Positions 1 through 12,339 of a DNA stretch of 64,000 bases are shown in pieces. Source of the DNA: Raillietiella orientalis (taxonomy: Eukaryota); assembly GCA_036172245.1 (NCBI GenBank), contig JAYWIR010000003.1:3286001-3350000 (forward strand). Reading direction: 5' to 3'. Position numbers and translations under genes: made by a program. Position 1 is the stretch's first letter. Each line of letters starts with the position of its first letter. Below the pieces are notes generated by a model that saw nothing but the letters and a program-made list of their open reading frames with translations, had not been told where the DNA came from and made no database searches.

Positions 1-1115
1 TATGAGATAGTTGGTCCTGATTTTAGAATTTCTGCATGTATTATATGCTTTGGCATGTATTGCTAGTACATTTTCTAATGCATTGAGACTAGCTTTGCTA
101 TTCTTGGAGACAGCAAATGCCTTGAATGAAAAGCTCAAACAAGGTTTTAACTCACCTACCAAAAGTGAAAAATACAAAAATGTAACGGTTTAGGATTCTG
201 TGGTTGCTGAAATCAATCCACTCCGAATTTTCGTGTGAGACACATTGAAGCACCGTCATGTGTGCTCCCTAAGGTCATGTTGTAATTTTACCCAAAGTAT
301 CAGCTTTTCTCTTTGAAAACACGTGATGGAACGGGGTGTGAGTGAGTGCTTTTGTCGTTGACATCTAAAGATGGGGAGCAACAGGTTGGACACTGCGAAA
401 TTGCCAACTGAAGGCCTTTTCCGAAATGCGTAGCCAAGTAAATACGAGGTATGCAAGTAAAGTTTCCTGCTCGAGAGTTGAAGGGGAAAACAAAATGAGC
501 CCACTCAGTAATGTTTCGGCTTTGGCTGCATTTGCTCAAAATCGCACCCTGAAATAAGTTTTGTGAATTTTTATTGTATTTAAGAAGGTGAAGGAGGTTC
601 GCGTGCCTTTTTAGTCTTGACGTTTGTTTGCTGTCCAAACCGAATAAAAGTGCAGTTGGCTTGCTCAACGTCAGCCATTCAGTTTTAGTACGTGGAAGAG
701 AACAATTCATGCAAAAGTGGAAACGGGAGAAAATCTTTTTTCCTTCTCCTTATAAGTGGCGTTTCCTTTTGCTTTTCCATTTTCGCGACGTTTACGAGGA
801 GAGAGTGTGCACGCACGAAAAATTATGAAGTCAGCGAAGGAAACCGATTAGGCAGGCGAGTTGTTTTTTGGCGGTTCGGTTCTCGAAAAGCGCCCATTGA
901 GGAGACGGCTGCCCTTCCCTTCCCCCCCCCCCCCCTGCTCAGGAGGAACGTGTTGGAAATACCGTTGGGAATACTGTTTTGAGTGAGTGTTTACGAAAGC
1001 GAAAGGCCTCCCTTTCGTCAGTTCGGCTGCGAGGTGCAGTGCTCGTACGCACGCTCGAAGTGGATTGTACCGAAAATGTCCCAGGGTGGGCATAAATGTG
1101 TGTGGTGATTTTCAG

Positions 1116-2835
1116 AAGTTCAGCGAGAAGAATGTTCGAGTTATACACGATTTCGAGGTCCATCCATCACGGAGACCGCTGGTCCTCATGCAGACTGCAG
1201 GGCACGTTTCGGGAAGTGCGTACTACTATCAGAGATGCGACCTAGAAGATGACCCGTGGGACGAAAACGAAGTAATTATGCATTCTTGCTTTTTTTCTTT
1301 TCTTTCTCCTTGTGAGCGCTGCTACGGCTTTCTTTCAAGGTAGGCCTCTCTCGGGCGATCGGTTCGGTGCTTTTGTATGGCAGTTTTTTCTTTTGTGTGT
1401 GTCTTCGAGGGATGTTCCCATTGTCTTTCACGCAGGTGGATCCTCGTCATCAACTCTTCCGGACTCAACCCGCCAAGATTCTCCCAGATTTTGTATCTGT
1501 CCCAAAAGCTTGGCAGGATCTCCCCTGCCGATTGCCTTTATTTTTTTTTTTCTTTCCTCGGCAAGAAACTTAAACTCGACGGATTGCATTCCTAGCTGAC
1601 CCCAAGCATGCCGGACGCCGTTCCACATCGTGGCTCTTCATTCCTCCTCCTCCTCCCTCGTTTCGAGGTGTCCGTGCTCCTTGTTCTGCGCGGTTGCTTC
1701 CTTCTTCCGGTTCTTCCGAGCGCACCACCGGAGGGCAAAAGGTAAAGCGCGTTCAGAAATGGAGAGAGGCCTTTTCGAGCGTTCGTTTTTCACCCGATCA
1801 CGCCGGGGCGTTTGTTCAAAAATAAACCTAAATAATGGGAACTCAGTTCCCAAGGAAACTCACAAGAAGTTCGTGGGGAGGGATCATCTACACGCGGCTC
1901 GGTAACATAGGAGGGCCGGAGCGGGAGGGAAAAGCAAAATAAGTAAATAAACGATAGGGCATGGGAGTGGCAAGGATGTTCGTTGTCGGCCGCTTCTTCC
2001 TCTGCGGAACCGGAGCAGAATGCAAGCTATCCCCGTGATGACCTTTCCTTCCAAGTGGGACCACCTTGCTGCGGTTCTTCGCGTTTATCACGGGGTGACC
2101 TCCCGTCGCTGCGCGCGAAACTCGAACACATGGTGGGCAGTCACGACGGTACGCACGCTGATCACGGCATCCACGAAAGCCCTCCGTGCTGCGCCGCCCC
2201 CGGGGTGACAGCGAGGGACCTCCGCGTGCGAAGAATCGCCGCAGCAAGTCTCTGGCAGTGTCCTCTGGGTGCAGCAGCGCCATTGCCAGCATCGTCGTCC
2301 TGAGGGCTTCTTGCCGCGCAGACACCGCCACGGGGAGCGCGTTTATGTAGCGCGCTATGTTTCTGGGGAGGAGGGGGGAAGGGATGAGGAACAGTATCTG
2401 GGCGGCTTCCGCTTGTCCCGTCGAATTCTGTTCATCTTAGCGGCAACGAATTCCGTTTTAAGGCATTTCGTTTGTAGAGGATTGTGGGAGTCTGCGTTCA
2501 TCCCAAGTACGGAGGTTGGTTCGCGTTCCGGGCGGTGCTCATCTTCCCGTCCGTCTCCTGCTCCGCCTTACCGAGGAAGTTCCCCGCCTGCATCCTGAGC
2601 GTGAGTAGCACGCAGATTTCCGAGGCGCGCCGAACGGAGTCGGTTCCAGAAGGAGGAGATCGTGAGGCTCCTGGAGGAGTTCAATTTCTCCTGGAGGAAG
2701 GGTCGGTACCGAGAGGTGGGAAAAGTGCAGGAGAGATACTCCATCATCCAGCTCTGTTACTTCCTGCTGAAGCCGTCACAGCGGCAGTGGCTGGTTGAGG
2801 CCATCCGGCACGGCAACGAGCCGACGGCGGCTTAG
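1116..2835 (+). CDS. MMACHC: MMACHC/cblC cobalamin-processing protein, 3' part (exons 1116-1271, 2478-2600, 2650-2835); 5' exons not identified in the window
   Basis: Spliced translation KFSEKNVRVIHDFEVHPSRRPLVLMQTAGHVSGSAYYYQRCDLEDDPWDENE|RIVGVCVHPKYGGWFAFRAVLIFPSVSCSALPRKFPACILS|KEEIVRLLEEFNFSWRKGRYREVGKVQERYSIIQLCYFLLKPSQR...* carries the MMACHC motifs (EVHPxRRP, QTAxHVxG, AYYYQR, HPxxGGWF, FNFxWR, ERYS). GT-AG introns 1272-2477 and 2601-2649 are both phase 0. TAG at 2833-2835. Confidence 0.93.
1791..2300 (-). mobile_element. LINE 3' fragment, antisense, inside the MMACHC intron
   Basis: Minus-strand ALLHPEDTARDLLRRFF resembles ALLHRGDTARMFMRRFF of the 5000-8550 copy. Ends in the family terminal hairpin at 1791-1810. 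Confidence 0.7.
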
Positions 2836-3024
2836 GGGTCGCGTGCCGTCCCCGCCGCTCTTCCGCCTTTCTGGTTGCATCCGTCCGCGACCTTCGCGGA
2901 GACGCGCCGGATCTGCCGTTCCAGGAAGCAACGTGTGGATGCCGTCCGCTCCGCGCGTAAGCTCCGGCAACCGGCCCGTAGCTCCGAAGTTTCGCCACCA
3001 CCCTCGAGGAACCCGCAGCCCTTG

Positions 3025-3030
3025 AATAAA
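3025..3030 (+). promoter_or_regulatory. Possible polyadenylation signal of MMACHC
   Basis: First AATAAA after the stop codon, ~190 nt downstream. Motif only. Confidence 0.35.
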
Positions 3031-3259
3031 GGGAGACCTCCATTAGCAGGGGCGATCCTCGTGCCGAAGAAGGGGCGGTCGGCCACGAGCGGCGCCCAGG
3101 AAGACGAAGGAGAAGAGATGAGGTCGAGGCGCCAGATGGAGCCGGGACGAATCCGTCTTCCGAGATCAGATCCACCGTTGGTCTGCCGATCACGCACTTG
3201 CAGAGTGTGGCGGCACAAAAGGGCCCCAACTTTCATCGCGCAGTAAAAAGCTAGTTGTT

Positions 3260-4330
3260 AAAGCACCAACCTCGTGAATTCATCTCCGATGGCGGTGTGC
3301 GACTCGAACGGTGTCCACGACACTTGATGCCAGCCTGCCTTTCCTTCAGCTTCTACAGAAGCTGCAAGCACTGCTGCACGAGCATTCGAATTCCACGAAT
3401 CCAGGTGGCCGATACTGTCGACGGCTGCGGATGAGGCAGGCTGCGTCGGTGCGCGACGTGTCTGCGTGTCCTCTCTGCTCACTGCTTTTCGAACGAGCGC
3501 AGTGTACGTGACTCCCTTGATCGGACGGTTGTTTCGCTTCGCGCCGCCTCTTTGAAGAAGCAGAGGGAAAAGGTGGGGGAAATCCATCGGTCCAGAAACG
3601 GTCGATGTCGGTGCCCTCGAGGGGTCTCTGATGGCTCTCATGTTCCAAATGAGCCCGTTGGCGGCCGCACGTCTACTGCGGCCGTGCGTGGCAGCGGGCG
3701 TCGCCGGTATCGGATCACCCGTGTAAGGACGACGCTGGTTGGCTCGGGCTCAGGGTGTGGCGTTGGTGTGACGCTTATGCGCGTTGGCCACCGGTGGCCC
3801 ACTGACCAGCCGGAATCGTGAGTGAACCCTCCTGTGTCTTCCCAGGAATCAAGGGGGTGGTTCCTCGATTTCTGGGAGGTTTCATCCGAAGAGTTAGGCA
3901 GGAAGCTGACCCATCCTCGGGGTCATTCCTAGGTATGAGGGTAGTTTCTTTGCGGTTTCCTACTGACTGCGTGGAACTTTCGGGTGGCAAGGCAGTGGAA
4001 AAGAGCCTTGTGGAAGCCTCCATCTGGTGGGCGGTGCAGAGCCGCTCCGATATCCCTATGGGATGAAGCAACTGTTCTTGAGTGCTTGGCAGACCGAATG
4101 GAGAAAAAGAGAAGTTTGAAGAACCGAAGGATTCCCATAATCTTGGACCAATAGCAACGACCATCTCTTGAGGTCATTACTGGCATTTAAAAAAAAAAAA
4201 AAAAAAAAGGACTCCCGTCTTAGACCAGCGAGAGAGTCCACCAGTTTGCGCAACTCTCCGTCTTGGGGTGTCCGGCGACGTCGGTTGCCGGGTTCCGAAG
4301 CGGTCACCCGTCACCCCATACGCAAAAGTT
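3260..4330 (-). mobile_element. Degenerate LINE ORF2 fragment (EN-RT linker and early RT)
   Basis: LLLQRGGAKRNNRPIKGVTYTALVRK resembles RT subdomains 1-2 (xxRPIxL..Y). Upstream LIPGK resembles the GKxPGxDG region. Heavily frameshifted. Confidence 0.45.
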
Positions 4331-4999
4331 CTCGTTCATTTTTTTTTCTTCCTTTGTTTATCTTTTGCCTGTCGTGGTCTCGGCAGGAACTTGCAAAGTG
4401 ATTATCTGAAGTGACCACTTTTGCGTCATGGTTCCAGCGTGTTCGTAGCGGGTTTGGCGAGCGCCGCCTCCCCGCGGAAAGCGTTTCCGCAATCTTGGGA
4501 GGAACCGGCTCCCCTTCACGGACGGACCTCAGGCTGTTTGCTTCCGGTGCAGGTCAGACTTGCCCGGAGGCGAGTCGGGGGCGCATTTCCAGAGTGCGGT
4601 ACGAAATGATGCAGACCGTGCGAGGCTGCGCGTGCGTCACTGCGCTTTCGCGGTTGCTTTCAGGAATGCTAGTTGGGGAGGGAGGTAGGAAAAGCTTCTC
4701 TTTCTTGCATCTCATGCCGCTGTCCGGGAACCCTCTGGGCTGTGTGTGCAGTCGTCGCAGGAGAGGCAGCAGATGGAGCATTTCCGCTGAGCGCTTGAGA
4801 AAAGCACAGGGCCCTCCCTTCGCTTTTCCAATGACGAGCATCCTCAATCTACATGTCAAACCATCCATTTGCATCAGATTGGCACGGCCCGGGAGAGAAG
4901 GAGAAACGCACACTGGAGTGCCGGCCTCGCCTGTTAGGGCAAGGAAGCCTACGATTCTAGGAAATCGCCTTTCGAAGGGGGTGGATGCGCTCCGTCTGT

Positions 5000-7900
5000 T
5001 TGGAGGAAGGGTGTAGGGGAGGGACGTGCCTCTGTACGCAAAAACAGCGGCTCGTCGTCTGAAATGCGTGCCAAGCAGCCCTTGAGGCTATCATCGAGTA
5101 CACACTGGTCATTCTCCGTGTTAGCTCTTTGAGGTGGTCACCTGGCGAGTCAGCCCGTGGCACCTGGCTGTCCCAGGCTTGCCTTCTGATCGCAGGAAGA
5201 GGCTGGCACCCATGGAAACCGTTGAGAGCCGCCTCTAAGGAATAGCCATTGCAAACAAGTAGTGCGCCTGCCATCTCTTCGGGGTAACCCTGGAAGCGCC
5301 GCGTCCCACTTTCACTATCAAAAAACGTTGGGCACAATGGCAGCACTGTTCCCCTATTCCACTAGGGATGGCGGTCTCCCGTACTGAACGTAGATCTCCG
5401 TACGCCTTGGGGCATCTCCTTTCCGTTTGTCGCCTAGCGAATCGTGCTCGCTGGTTCGCAGGAGGTGTCTTGTACAATGGGGAACAGGAAATGTATTCCC
5501 GCCAGGCGCTCTCTCCTGGATGAAAGCTAGCGGGGAAGCAGTGGCTCGGGCTTCTGGTTTCCTTCCCATTTCCTCCAGGGAGGCTGTTCTCGGGTTGTGT
5601 GAGTGGTACGTATCAAAGTTGAGTCCGTGCGCGCGCTGCGTATCCAAATGCCACTGTCTTCTGCCTCCAAGCGTTGTGGTGTGCCGATAGGGAGGGAGAT
5701 CTACTGATCTTCCCACGGGACAGCGATCTGCTAGTGGGAACCCTGATCGGCAACCAGGGGACGCGACGTGCCTCCATTTGCGACTTGACCTCGCCCTGCG
5801 ACAAGGGAACCTTGTCATCACAGTACTAGACCACACACCGCCTGGCGGGAAGAAGCGGCGCATGAACATCCTTGCGGTGTCCCCTCGATGCAGTAGAGCT
5901 GAAGTCAGCCTCCGCCCCAGTCCTTGGAGGACATCGCAGTCGAAGAGCAGGTGCGGGAGCGTTTCTGCTGCTCCGCACCTTTTATAGTTCGGGGAGACAA
6001 CTCCCCCGGAAACAATGTTGCTACGCTGGTTGCAATGGAAGCCCCAATGCACTAGCAGCAGCCCGCCCTGCTTTCATGGAAGGGGGAACACTGAAGTGTC
6101 CACGCACGAAAGAAGGACCACAACTTCTTCCAGGGGCACACTCAGGAGTTCGGTTCACCGAAGGAGTCCCTTGGAAATATTGCGAGGTGTGGCGGCGTCT
6201 GCCAGCTCGCTGGTGCTCCAGCCGCCCATGGGTCGAGTTGCTCCTGCGATCGTGCAGGCGATCTCCCACCCCGCCGGTAGGCAACTGTCATCTCTTGCCC
6301 TGAGGGCAGACAGCGCTGCGGCAAGGGACATGGCGGCCAGGCTGGTCCACTTGCAAGGCATCACATCCTCCAACGGAAGATAGGGGGAAAGGTGCACGCT
6401 ACGAAGTTCGATTAGCGGCATTTCCTGATGCCTTGCCCAGGACGATAACGCTTCCCGCCGCCAGGCGTTAAACTTCGTTGGGCGGCAGGAGATCCAAGAA
6501 TGGACTTCCAGGAGCGAATTAGCGGGAAGCCTAAGCCTCTCGTGACGCGTTCGGTATGCGGCAACGAAGCAGTCCTTCGCTGCCGGTGCAGCGCTGCAGT
6601 AGCAGGCGCGCAGGAGCACACCACGGAGTCGACTATAGTTTGGCACAACGTGCGAACAGCCGGAGCTGCACTTGCAGCCCGATCCTATCCAACGTCAGGA
6701 TGCCTAAACCGGCACCCTGAAGCGGTGCCGCCAAGTCCTTCAGGCGGATCCCGGACCTCGCAGGACCCCACGAAGCGTTCCTCAACGGGCGTCGCACCTG
6801 GAGCTTGGCCGAGTAGGGGACGGACAAAGGAAAAAGAGGGATGGAGGAGGGGGCAACGAAGGTGTTCCAAACAGAGACTCGCTCCGGCAAGACGAACTTG
6901 CCATTTTAGAACGGACCGAGAGCACTCTCTGCCTTCCGAAGGCAGTCCGACCACTCTTCCACTGGACTGATGTCGCCCAACGGCACGCCGAGGTACTTCA
7001 AGCACCTGGCCGTGGGGATCCCAAGGCGGACCCAGTCGGACAGCTCCTCCCACGCCGCATCTACAGGAACAACCACAATCTTTCTCCTATTTACGCTACG
7101 CCCGCTCCCCGACGAATCAGCTCGAAGAAATTCTCGAGACTGGACGACGGGGTGGACATGGGTAAGAGGAGAAGCAGGTCATCGGCATAGGCGGCCACGG
7201 ACGGCGTACCTGGACAAGAGCTTGGCAGGTTAACCAGCATCAGCCTGTACGCATTCAGCACCAACTCGAAGAAAATGCTGAAGAGCAGAGGGTTTAAGCT
7301 GTCTCCCTGCCTGATGCCCCGCCGCATCGGCACGCCGTACACGTGGCAGCAACTGAAACAGGTGGAGGTGATCTCGTGGCGCTGGCGTCTGCTGGTTCGT
7401 TGCTGTCCCTCGCGTTTTTCGCTCTTGATGAGGCGAGGGACGTGGCCTCAAGGGATCAGCTCCGTGTCTTGGACCTCCACCTTTGCACTCGACCCAGGAG
7501 GCTACCGCTGTGGTGCCTCACAGCCCGCCCGGTTGCATTTGGGTGCTGCGAGGGGTGGTCAGCTTTGTTTCGCCATCTTCCGGTGTATCCACCGTGCAGG
7601 TCTGGCCGAGATTGCCCCGAGGATGGGTCCAGCGGAAGGGGAGAGAGGTGTCGCGGTTGCGTTGGACGGCGGACCAAGCCCTCCGCTGGCTGCCCTTGCC
7701 GCGCCCTCTGGCGTTGGAGATGACGCGGACGATGGAATTCGTAATGCGCCACGCACTCCTCTATCCTGCGTGACCTCGTTCAGCCAGTGAAACAGCTGCC
7801 CCTGGCCCATTGGGGAGCACCTCTCAAAGAAGTGCTACAGAAAGAAAGGAAGCCAAACCCCTCAATAACCCGGGCTGCCCTTCCTGCCGACGAAGGTTGC

Positions 7901-8550
7901 TCAGGTGATCGTCCGAACCCTTGCAGTTGGCTTTCTAGGGTTCCGGGAACCCCAGAATGAAGAGGCGATATGACTGCAATATCGACATATAATAAATATT
8001 CGATATATGTCGAATGAATATATAAATATCGAATTATAAACATATTTATGTATTTTGTTTATAATCCTTCGAGTATATAATATGTCAATACATATTATCA
8101 ATTATGCCAGTAATATGTATGCTAATAAACATTAAGAATAAAACATGAAATAAATTGTATATTAATCTACGTATGCATTTCTTTTTCGTGATCTTTCGAG
8201 ATCCCGATCGTTAGGGATTTCGAACGCAACCTCGACTGGATCCGCGTGTCGGGACATCCCTCCTACGAAGAAAACGCCGAGAAGGCAGAACACGTGGAGA
8301 GGATGAAGACGGTGACGACGCCGTCCCCATGAACATCGACGCCCGATAAGGACCCGCGTCAATGGACGCGGAAGTAGACGAAGGTTCTCTTCCGGAAGCA
8401 AATTCCTATACTTGCGGCGGGAGCAAGAAGATGGTGAGGAGCTCCCGGAGAGCCCTTTGTTCCCTGCTACCTTTCTGCCCCACTCAGTAGGCAGAGCTGG
8501 CCCGCACATGGTCCTCAAGCTCTTGCAGAAGGGTGTCGGGAGCATTCGGT
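5000..8550 (-). mobile_element. Decayed L1/Tx1-like non-LTR retrotransposon ORF2 (APE endonuclease remnant, RT, C-terminal zinc finger)
   Basis: Motifs in order on the minus strand: PDTLLQE (~8530), SDDH (~7905), RGIRQGDSLNPLLF and YADD (7091-7342 ORF), KYLGVP (~7000), CGAAETLPHLLFDC (~5950). Stops, frameshifts and internal deletions present. Confidence 0.85.
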
Positions 8551-10212
8551 TGGTACCCGGTCACTCCGGGTATCAACCGAATAGCGATCAGTTGCAAGAT
8601 GCGTGATCTTGCCACGTTACAGAATATACAAAAAGAACTTGCCGAACGGCAGCACAGAGGTTCGCCACGGCAGCACAGAGGAAGGGAAAACAAACAAAAA
8701 GAAAAAACAAAACAAAACAGAAAACATACAGTCAAAAAAATGGGGGGCTTTGGGAAGGGATCACTGGGTGCTGAAGGACATCCTCTGCATCCTTGTAAGG
8801 ATGCCGGCAAGTTCCTGTTTCAAGACTCACAGATGGGGTCATCTTGACGCTGTCCTCATGAAGAGGACAGCAAAATACATGGCGTCTCTGCCGTTCTGGT
8901 CTCCCCTGTCCTTGCTCCATGCGGCCACGGTCCGCGTAGGCAGCAAAGTGCTTCTAGGGATGTGGCCGGAGTGAGGGCTTCGCGCGAGAATAGACGCTTG
9001 AAAACGTCTCTGCAATCGTCCTCGGGGATCCACAGGTACGCGGCAAAGCTCTCCCACAGGGAACGTAGGACAAAACAATCCATGAGTAGGTGCGGAGTGA
9101 CTCTTTTGCGGCACCTATTGCAGTTCGGGTTCGCACTCCCCCGGGTCCAATGATGGAAGTGAACCTTGCACGGGAGGTCCCAGTGCAACAGCAGGGTCGC
9201 CGACTCCTGCCACTTTAGAGGGAGGGTAGCACTGTTCCAGCACACTGGGGGCCATTTCACCACCGGAGGAATTTATAGCAGCTCTCCCCAGCGTAGCAGT
9301 CCTTTTGGTGGGAAACTCGGGGTCGCGGCGTCCTCCAGCTCCCGAGTTGTCCACTCACCCAGATGTTTTTTCCTTCTCCCTATCACGCAGGTCACTTCCC
9401 ATCTCGCTGGCAGTTGGCTATCCATTGCTCCCCTTAGGGAGGGCAGCACTGGGGCAAGGGGGGTGAACGAGGCCCACATCAGATTCTTGGTGTTCCCCAG
9501 GATCTTTTCCAACGGCTGACGAGCGCATCTGCTGTCCTGTAGGCAGATTTACTCTTCCTTGCGCGTGCCGTTGATTTTTCCCCATGCGAACATCGACTCC
9601 TGCAGCCAGCCGGTCCAGTTAGCAGGGAGGACGGAGATCCAGGGGTTCTTCTGCACAGAGGCAACCATATATCGGAGCTGCGGGTCAAGATGGTCCAGAC
9701 TCTTCTCGGTGGCCACGAAGACCGAGGTCAGTCCTTCGCATCCGGTTGCCTGTTTGGCGAGAATTCTTGCTGGAGCGCACCAAGGTGTAGTCCAGTGATT
9801 GGATGCGAGGGCCAGTCTGAGGAATCGGAGCTGTCGCTCCATTCGATCCAGCGTAAGCAGGCCGAATCTATCATCCCTGAGAGGAACACAGAGGTCTTCT
9901 AAGCGGACCTTCTAAGCGGTTCTTCTTTTGTCCCATAGGACTTTTCTGAGGAGATCTTCGGTTCTTTTGCGAATCGCTGCAGGGACGAGGCAAACAAAAA
10001 GCAAAGGGCGGAGGAGAGTGGCTGGGAGCGCCTTCCAAACCGCAGCCTGTTCCTGCAAGTTGAGCTTGCCGTACCAGAACGGGCCGAGAGCCATTTCTAC
10101 TTTTTGAAGACTGTCGGACCAGGCTTCTGCTACGCAGAAGTCCCCCAACGGAAACGCCAAGGTACTTAATGTACCCGCCTGTGGGGATCCCCAAGCGGAT
10201 CAAGTCCGTACA
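8551..10212 (-). mobile_element. 5'-truncated LINE (RT C-terminal part to 3' end)
   Basis: IKYLGVS (~10160), LPARWEVTC, LPLKWQE..LLHWDLPC, CNRC..HLLMDC zinc finger, ELAGILTRMQR C-terminus, pyrimidine-rich 3' UTR, terminal hairpin 8554-8572. Confidence 0.9.
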
Positions 10213-10214
10213 TT

Positions 10215-10790
10215 GGTGTGATAGAACCCGTGGTTCTACTACGTGCAGTGAACCTGCCGAAGAGCGGTTTGCAGACCGGCGAGGTATGCTTCAGCAGCGT
10301 GTGGAGAGGGAAAACAAAAAAAATAAACAAACAAAACTGGGGAAGGAAGAGGGACCGAGGAAGGGATCACGGTACGCTACCAGGAGGTCCTCTGCAACCT
10401 GTTCAGGATGCTGGCAAGTTCCCTTCGTATATCGCCCAGGTGGGGTCATCTTGAGGCAGTCCTTAGGAAGATCCACGCCAAGTAGATGGCATCCCTTCCA
10501 TTTTGGCCTTTTCTGGCGTTCCAGGCCGTCATCGTCCCGTGGAGACAGCAGAGAACTGCGAGGGACGCGGCTGGTGGTGGCAGTGAGTCGCGCACGAAGA
10601 GGCGTTTCAAAATGTCCCTGGGTCCGCCCACAGGGTTCCTAGGGTCGCCGCGAAGTGATCCCAAAGGGGTCGGAGTCCAACAGGGTCTCCTTCTCCCTGC
10701 ACCTGTCGCACTCCGCATGAACACTCCCCCGGGTCCAACGGTGAAGGCGCCATTTGCATGGGATTCCCCAATTCAAGACCAGCAACGCGG
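10215..10790 (-). mobile_element. LINE 3' fragment
   Basis: RDILKRLFVRDSLPPPAASLAVLCCLHGTMTAWN..DAIYLAWIFLRTASR, followed by the family 3' UTR hairpins. Confidence 0.85.
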
Positions 10791-10869
10791 AAACAAAGCA
10801 GAAATTGTCATTCCGACTGGTTGCTTTCTATGAAATGAACGCCCCCGGGCGTGACCGGGAGAAAAACTT

Positions 10870-12330
10870 CTCGTGGCAAGTGGGATCACCTCTCTGTAGT
10901 CCCCGCGAAGGCGGCTACTGGACGTGTGACTTCCCTTCGTTGCGAGCATAGCTCTAGGTCGAGGCGGGTCTCCAGGATGGCGCGCACGCACCACCCCCAG
11001 CGTTGCGATCTCCGCGCCGCACGAACGCCTGTCGCGTGCACGAAGAGGCGCCTTAGCCAAGTTTTGTCCGCCAACCGTTTTGTCTCTCACCCTGTCCTCC
11101 TCGGGATGCAGCCGCAGCGCTGAAGCCGTCCGCCGCAGTTCTTGGAGGTCGCCGCGGTCCAGCAACAGCTGCGAGAGCGATTCAATCATCCTGCGCCTGG
11201 AGCAGTTTGGGGATGCGGTTCCCCTGGAAACGATGTAACGGAAGTCCCATTGCAGAGAGAACACCACCTGGAGCTTCCATTTAACCCTTTGGGTGTGGGG
11301 CTCATCGAATTGAAACGTACCGTACTGACGGCACGCGGGTCGCAGCTGCGAACTCTGTGGACGGAATGCTTTTTCGCGTACCACCTGCTCTGTAGAGGTA
11401 TCGATAAATTGCTGATTAAAGTTACTATTGTAATTGTTTGTTTACACTACATTAAATGTAATACTTTCAGTTTTTCCAAACATTTCTCGTCTATATTTGG
11501 CTATTCTATTATCTGTGATGCCTTTCATATCTTCGGAGTCAGATAACTATGAAAGCCACAGGGATATTTTCTCAATTTCATCGTCACATTCTTCATTCGA
11601 ATCCGACTCTTCACCCATGTCGCCGTCGTCTCTTGCAATAATCTCTCCAAAATTATTTGACATTTTAAAGATATCACAAAGATAAAAATAACAATATAAT
11701 AAATTACATACGACACCGAGAAAAAACGAGAATCGTTAGTTTGATATAAATAGAATTTTGTTTACTTTCGTTGCCAAGGGAATCATAAGAACACGTAAGT
11801 GCATGCGTCCATCTCAAACATGGATAGTGTTAACTTATGCCGCGTGTGCAAGGTAAAAAACATTTGCCAAACACACATATGCGTCCATAGTCCACGCCAA
11901 TAGTTCTCGTCGAACACATAGATGCGTCCATGACACGCAAAGGGTTAAGGGGCCGCAGCAGCGACGCGTCCATACGCTGGGGAGAGGGACGGACCACGCA
12001 CGGGGGAGTTCTTCCCATCGAAGCGGTCCCTTGGGCTGAAGCCGTGGGGTGGTGGCGACCACCGGTTCTCTCGCCGTCCTTCAGCCTGCTTGGAGTTCGG
12101 TCGCTCCCACGGTGGGGCGTGAGAACCCCACTCCCGCCGTCGCTTCCCCTGAGGGCAGAAGGCAATGCAGAGAGCTGTGTGACAGTCACTCTGGACCACT
12201 TCCTGGAGTCCTGCGTCAGTACTTTCGAGGAGATGCTGCGTGCAGATTCTTCAGTGCGAGTAGTTCTTCCGGAAACACTTGGGAGGCGGATAACCGGGTT
12301 TCCATGGTTCCCTACCGCCAAGCGTTGAAG
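10870..12330 (-). mobile_element. LINE ORF2 C-terminal fragment interrupted by a piggyBac-type insertion
   Basis: KGPLRWEEL..LLRP on one side and LKWKLQVVFSLQWDF..PNCSR..ESLSQLLLD on the other rejoin as the family PLKW motif once 11285-11948 is removed. Confidence 0.8.
11285..11944 (-). mobile_element. Non-autonomous piggyBac-superfamily DNA transposon (660 bp)
   Basis: TTAA at 11281-11284 and 11945-11948. Terminal inverted repeats CCCTTTGGGTGT / ACACGCAAAGGG (11 of 12 match). Subterminal ATGCGTCCAT three times (11803, 11879, 11922). AT-rich interior with a short acidic minus-strand ORF from 11663 (MSNNFGEIIARDDGDMGEESDSNEECDDEIE) resembling a transposase N-terminus. Confidence 0.88.
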
Positions 12331-12339
12331 CTCCAGGAA

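Noticed and set aside
1..1115. Upstream MMACHC exons
   Set aside because: No translation matching the N-terminal MMACHC motifs was found, so they probably lie outside the window.
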